DNA of 64,000 bases from a virus (Duplodnaviria > Caudoviricetes), in the IMG/VR virus record IMGVR_UViG_3300035208_006553, positions 44,380 through 108,379 of that record, one strand, 5' to 3'. The position numbers were made by a program, and so were the translations under genes. This document shows, in pieces, positions 62,656-64,000 of this stretch (position 1 is its first letter; the number at the start of each line of letters is the position of its first letter). The notes beneath the pieces are model-generated. The model did not search any database, had not been told where the DNA came from, and worked only from the letters and a program-made list of their open reading frames with translations.

Positions 62656-64000
62656 ATGATATATTGGGCTGAAATAGATGATTTAACAGGGTGGTTAGTT
62701 AAAGTAGTAAGTAAGAAAGATAAAAATTACAGTTTGTATCTTGTCGTTCAGGAAGTACGCTTACAAAAATTAAATGTAGATAAATACTGGTTAATAGGAA
62801 ATGCATATTTTAACGAACGATTAGCTATTTTTAATGCAAAAAGACCTGTACTCAACCATACTATATATTCTGAAAATTATGATATTTACCCTATTCGAAA
62901 GATATTTGAATCGACTGAAAAACTTTCTTGGCAAGTAGAGACTAACGAATTTTACGAATTAGAAAGATTACTCAATAATAAACATTACTCTTATCATCTA
63001 GAAGGAAATACATTTATTATTGATCATGAAGGATATGTATATCTTCCTTTTCTTACATCTCTACCTAATAATGTACAATTTAATAACAGAGGATATGTAT
63101 ATCTTGCTTCTCTTTTATCTTTACCAGATAATATACAATTTAATAATAGAGGAGATGTAGATCTTGATTCTCTTACATCTCTTCCAGATAACATACAATT
63201 TAATAACAGAGGAAATGTATATCTTAATTCTCTTACCTCTCTACCTAATAATGTACAATTTAATAATAGAGGAAATGTAAATCTTTATTCTCTTACATCT
63301 CTACCTAATAACAAATACGATATATTTAAAAACGATAGAGTAGTTTTTTATAATCACCATAACTCTCAATTTAATCCTAAAGATAGAGAAAAATTAAGTT
63401 GGCAGGAAATTTCTGAAGATTTAATCGGATGGATGGTAGAGGATCAAATAAATAATGATTTGTTAAGATACGGAATTATTGTAAAGCAGCATAATAAAGT
63501 AGAGGTAGATATTATATGGGGTTTTAGTAAAGAAGACGTTTTAGAAGTAGTAAAAAATTATTTTTTAGATGCAATACCACGAAAGTCAAGAACAACTTAT
63601 TACATACATATTTTAGATAATATTGTATTAATGTACGATACCGGATTACGCCCAATTAAAAATTTAAAAATTGCAGATCAGCTTCCAAAGGCTGAAGAAA
63701 TTAATCAATATGACCCCGGTCCTGAAACTCTTCTTAATCAATATCCAAGTAAAAGGAAAGACAATTGGGATTATAAAAAGAGAAATACAAAAAGTGATGA
63801 AGAGATGGTATTTGAAAAAGGACTTCATCAAGACGTTAACCGACCCGAAACTGGAAGAGAATTAATTCCCTATGCATCAAAACTTTCTTGGCAAGTAGAG
63901 ACTAACGAATTTTACGAATTAGAAAGATTACTCAATAATAAACATTACTCTTATCATCTAGAAGGAAATACATTTATTATTGATCATGAAGGATATGTAT
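62656..64000 (+). CDS. Polyvalent protein (3'-truncated; absent from ORF track): GWxV, LRR, GWxV, linker, LRR
   Basis: ATG 62656 MIYWAEIDDLTGWLVK; in frame with LRR copies at 62929 and 63889; open to window end. Confidence 0.85.
   Translation, partial: MIYWAEIDDLTGWLVKVVSKKDKNYSLYLVVQEVRLQKLNVDKYWLIGNAYFNERLAIFNAKRPVLNHTIYSENYDIYPIRKIFESTEKLSWQVETNEFYELERLLNNKHYSYHLEGNTFIIDHEGYVYLPFLTSLPNNVQFNNRGYVYLASLLSLPDNIQFNNRGDVDLDSLTSLPDNIQFNNRGNVYLNSLTSLPNNVQFNNRGNVNLYSLTSLPNNKYDIFKNDRVVFYNHHNSQFNPKDREKLSWQEISEDLIGWMVEDQINNDLLRYGIIVKQHNKVEVDIIWGFSKEDVLEVVKNYFLDAIPRKSRTTYYIHILDNIVLMYDTGLRPIKNLKIADQLPKAEEINQYDPGPETLLNQYPSKRKDNWDYKKRNTKSDEEMVFEKGLHQDVNRPETGRELIPYASKLSWQVETNEFYELERLLNNKHYSYHLEGNTFIIDHEGYV
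62929..63402 (+). repeat. LRR module copy 6 (5 repeats)
   Basis: Direct sequence identity of caps. Confidence 0.97.
63889..64000 (+). repeat. LRR module copy 7 (truncated by window end)
   Basis: N-cap identical to copy 6. Confidence 0.95.

Noticed and set aside
34302-64000. Diversity-generating retroelement acting on the LRR repeats (variable codons are all NNT, as from an AAT template)
   Set aside because: Synonymous adenines in GGA, GTA and CAA are invariant across the repeats, C/T differences also occur, and no reverse transcriptase or non-coding template repeat is in the window. An RT plus TR elsewhere in the genome would reopen this.
1-64000. Integron integrase, transposase or intein in the window
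   Set aside because: No ORF shows tyrosine-recombinase R-H-R-Y, DDE or intein motifs that I could recognise. RecA, TerL and the PolA fragment appear uninterrupted.

Overview
AT-rich 64 kb segment of a large (jumbo-like) dsDNA bacteriophage genome. Essentially all credible genes are on the + strand. Layout: (1) 1-19.1 kb replication/recombination block (PolA 3' end, GroEL, DnaG, RecA, SSB-like, resolvase, exonuclease, dUTPase, split Rad50/SbcC plus Mre11/SbcD, QueD, lytic transglycosylase). (2) 19.1-25.3 kb and 41.8-50 kb accessory regions of small ORFs. (3) 25.5-37 kb putative virion/packaging block with terminase. (4) 50-64 kb large modular polyvalent proteins. Two systems stand out. First, two arrays of integron attC-like palindromic sites (about 19.5-24.0 kb and 43.6-44.9 kb). 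Each cassette's start (GTT...) is complementary to its own end (...TAAC). The att loops are unusually long and carry RBS plus start codon, and ORFs cross the GTT core in one fixed frame. One cassette carries two tRNA-Ser genes. No integrase is in the window. Second, a 474-597 bp LRR module occurs in 7 near-identical in-frame copies in 5 different genes, always bounded by (K)LS-W-like motifs. It has 5-7 60-bp repeats that are mosaic between copies and hypervariable at three surface codons, and it sits in polyproteins whose domain boundaries carry a K-x-[A/S] motif (candidate maturation-protease site). All assignments come from reading motifs by eye; no database searches were run.
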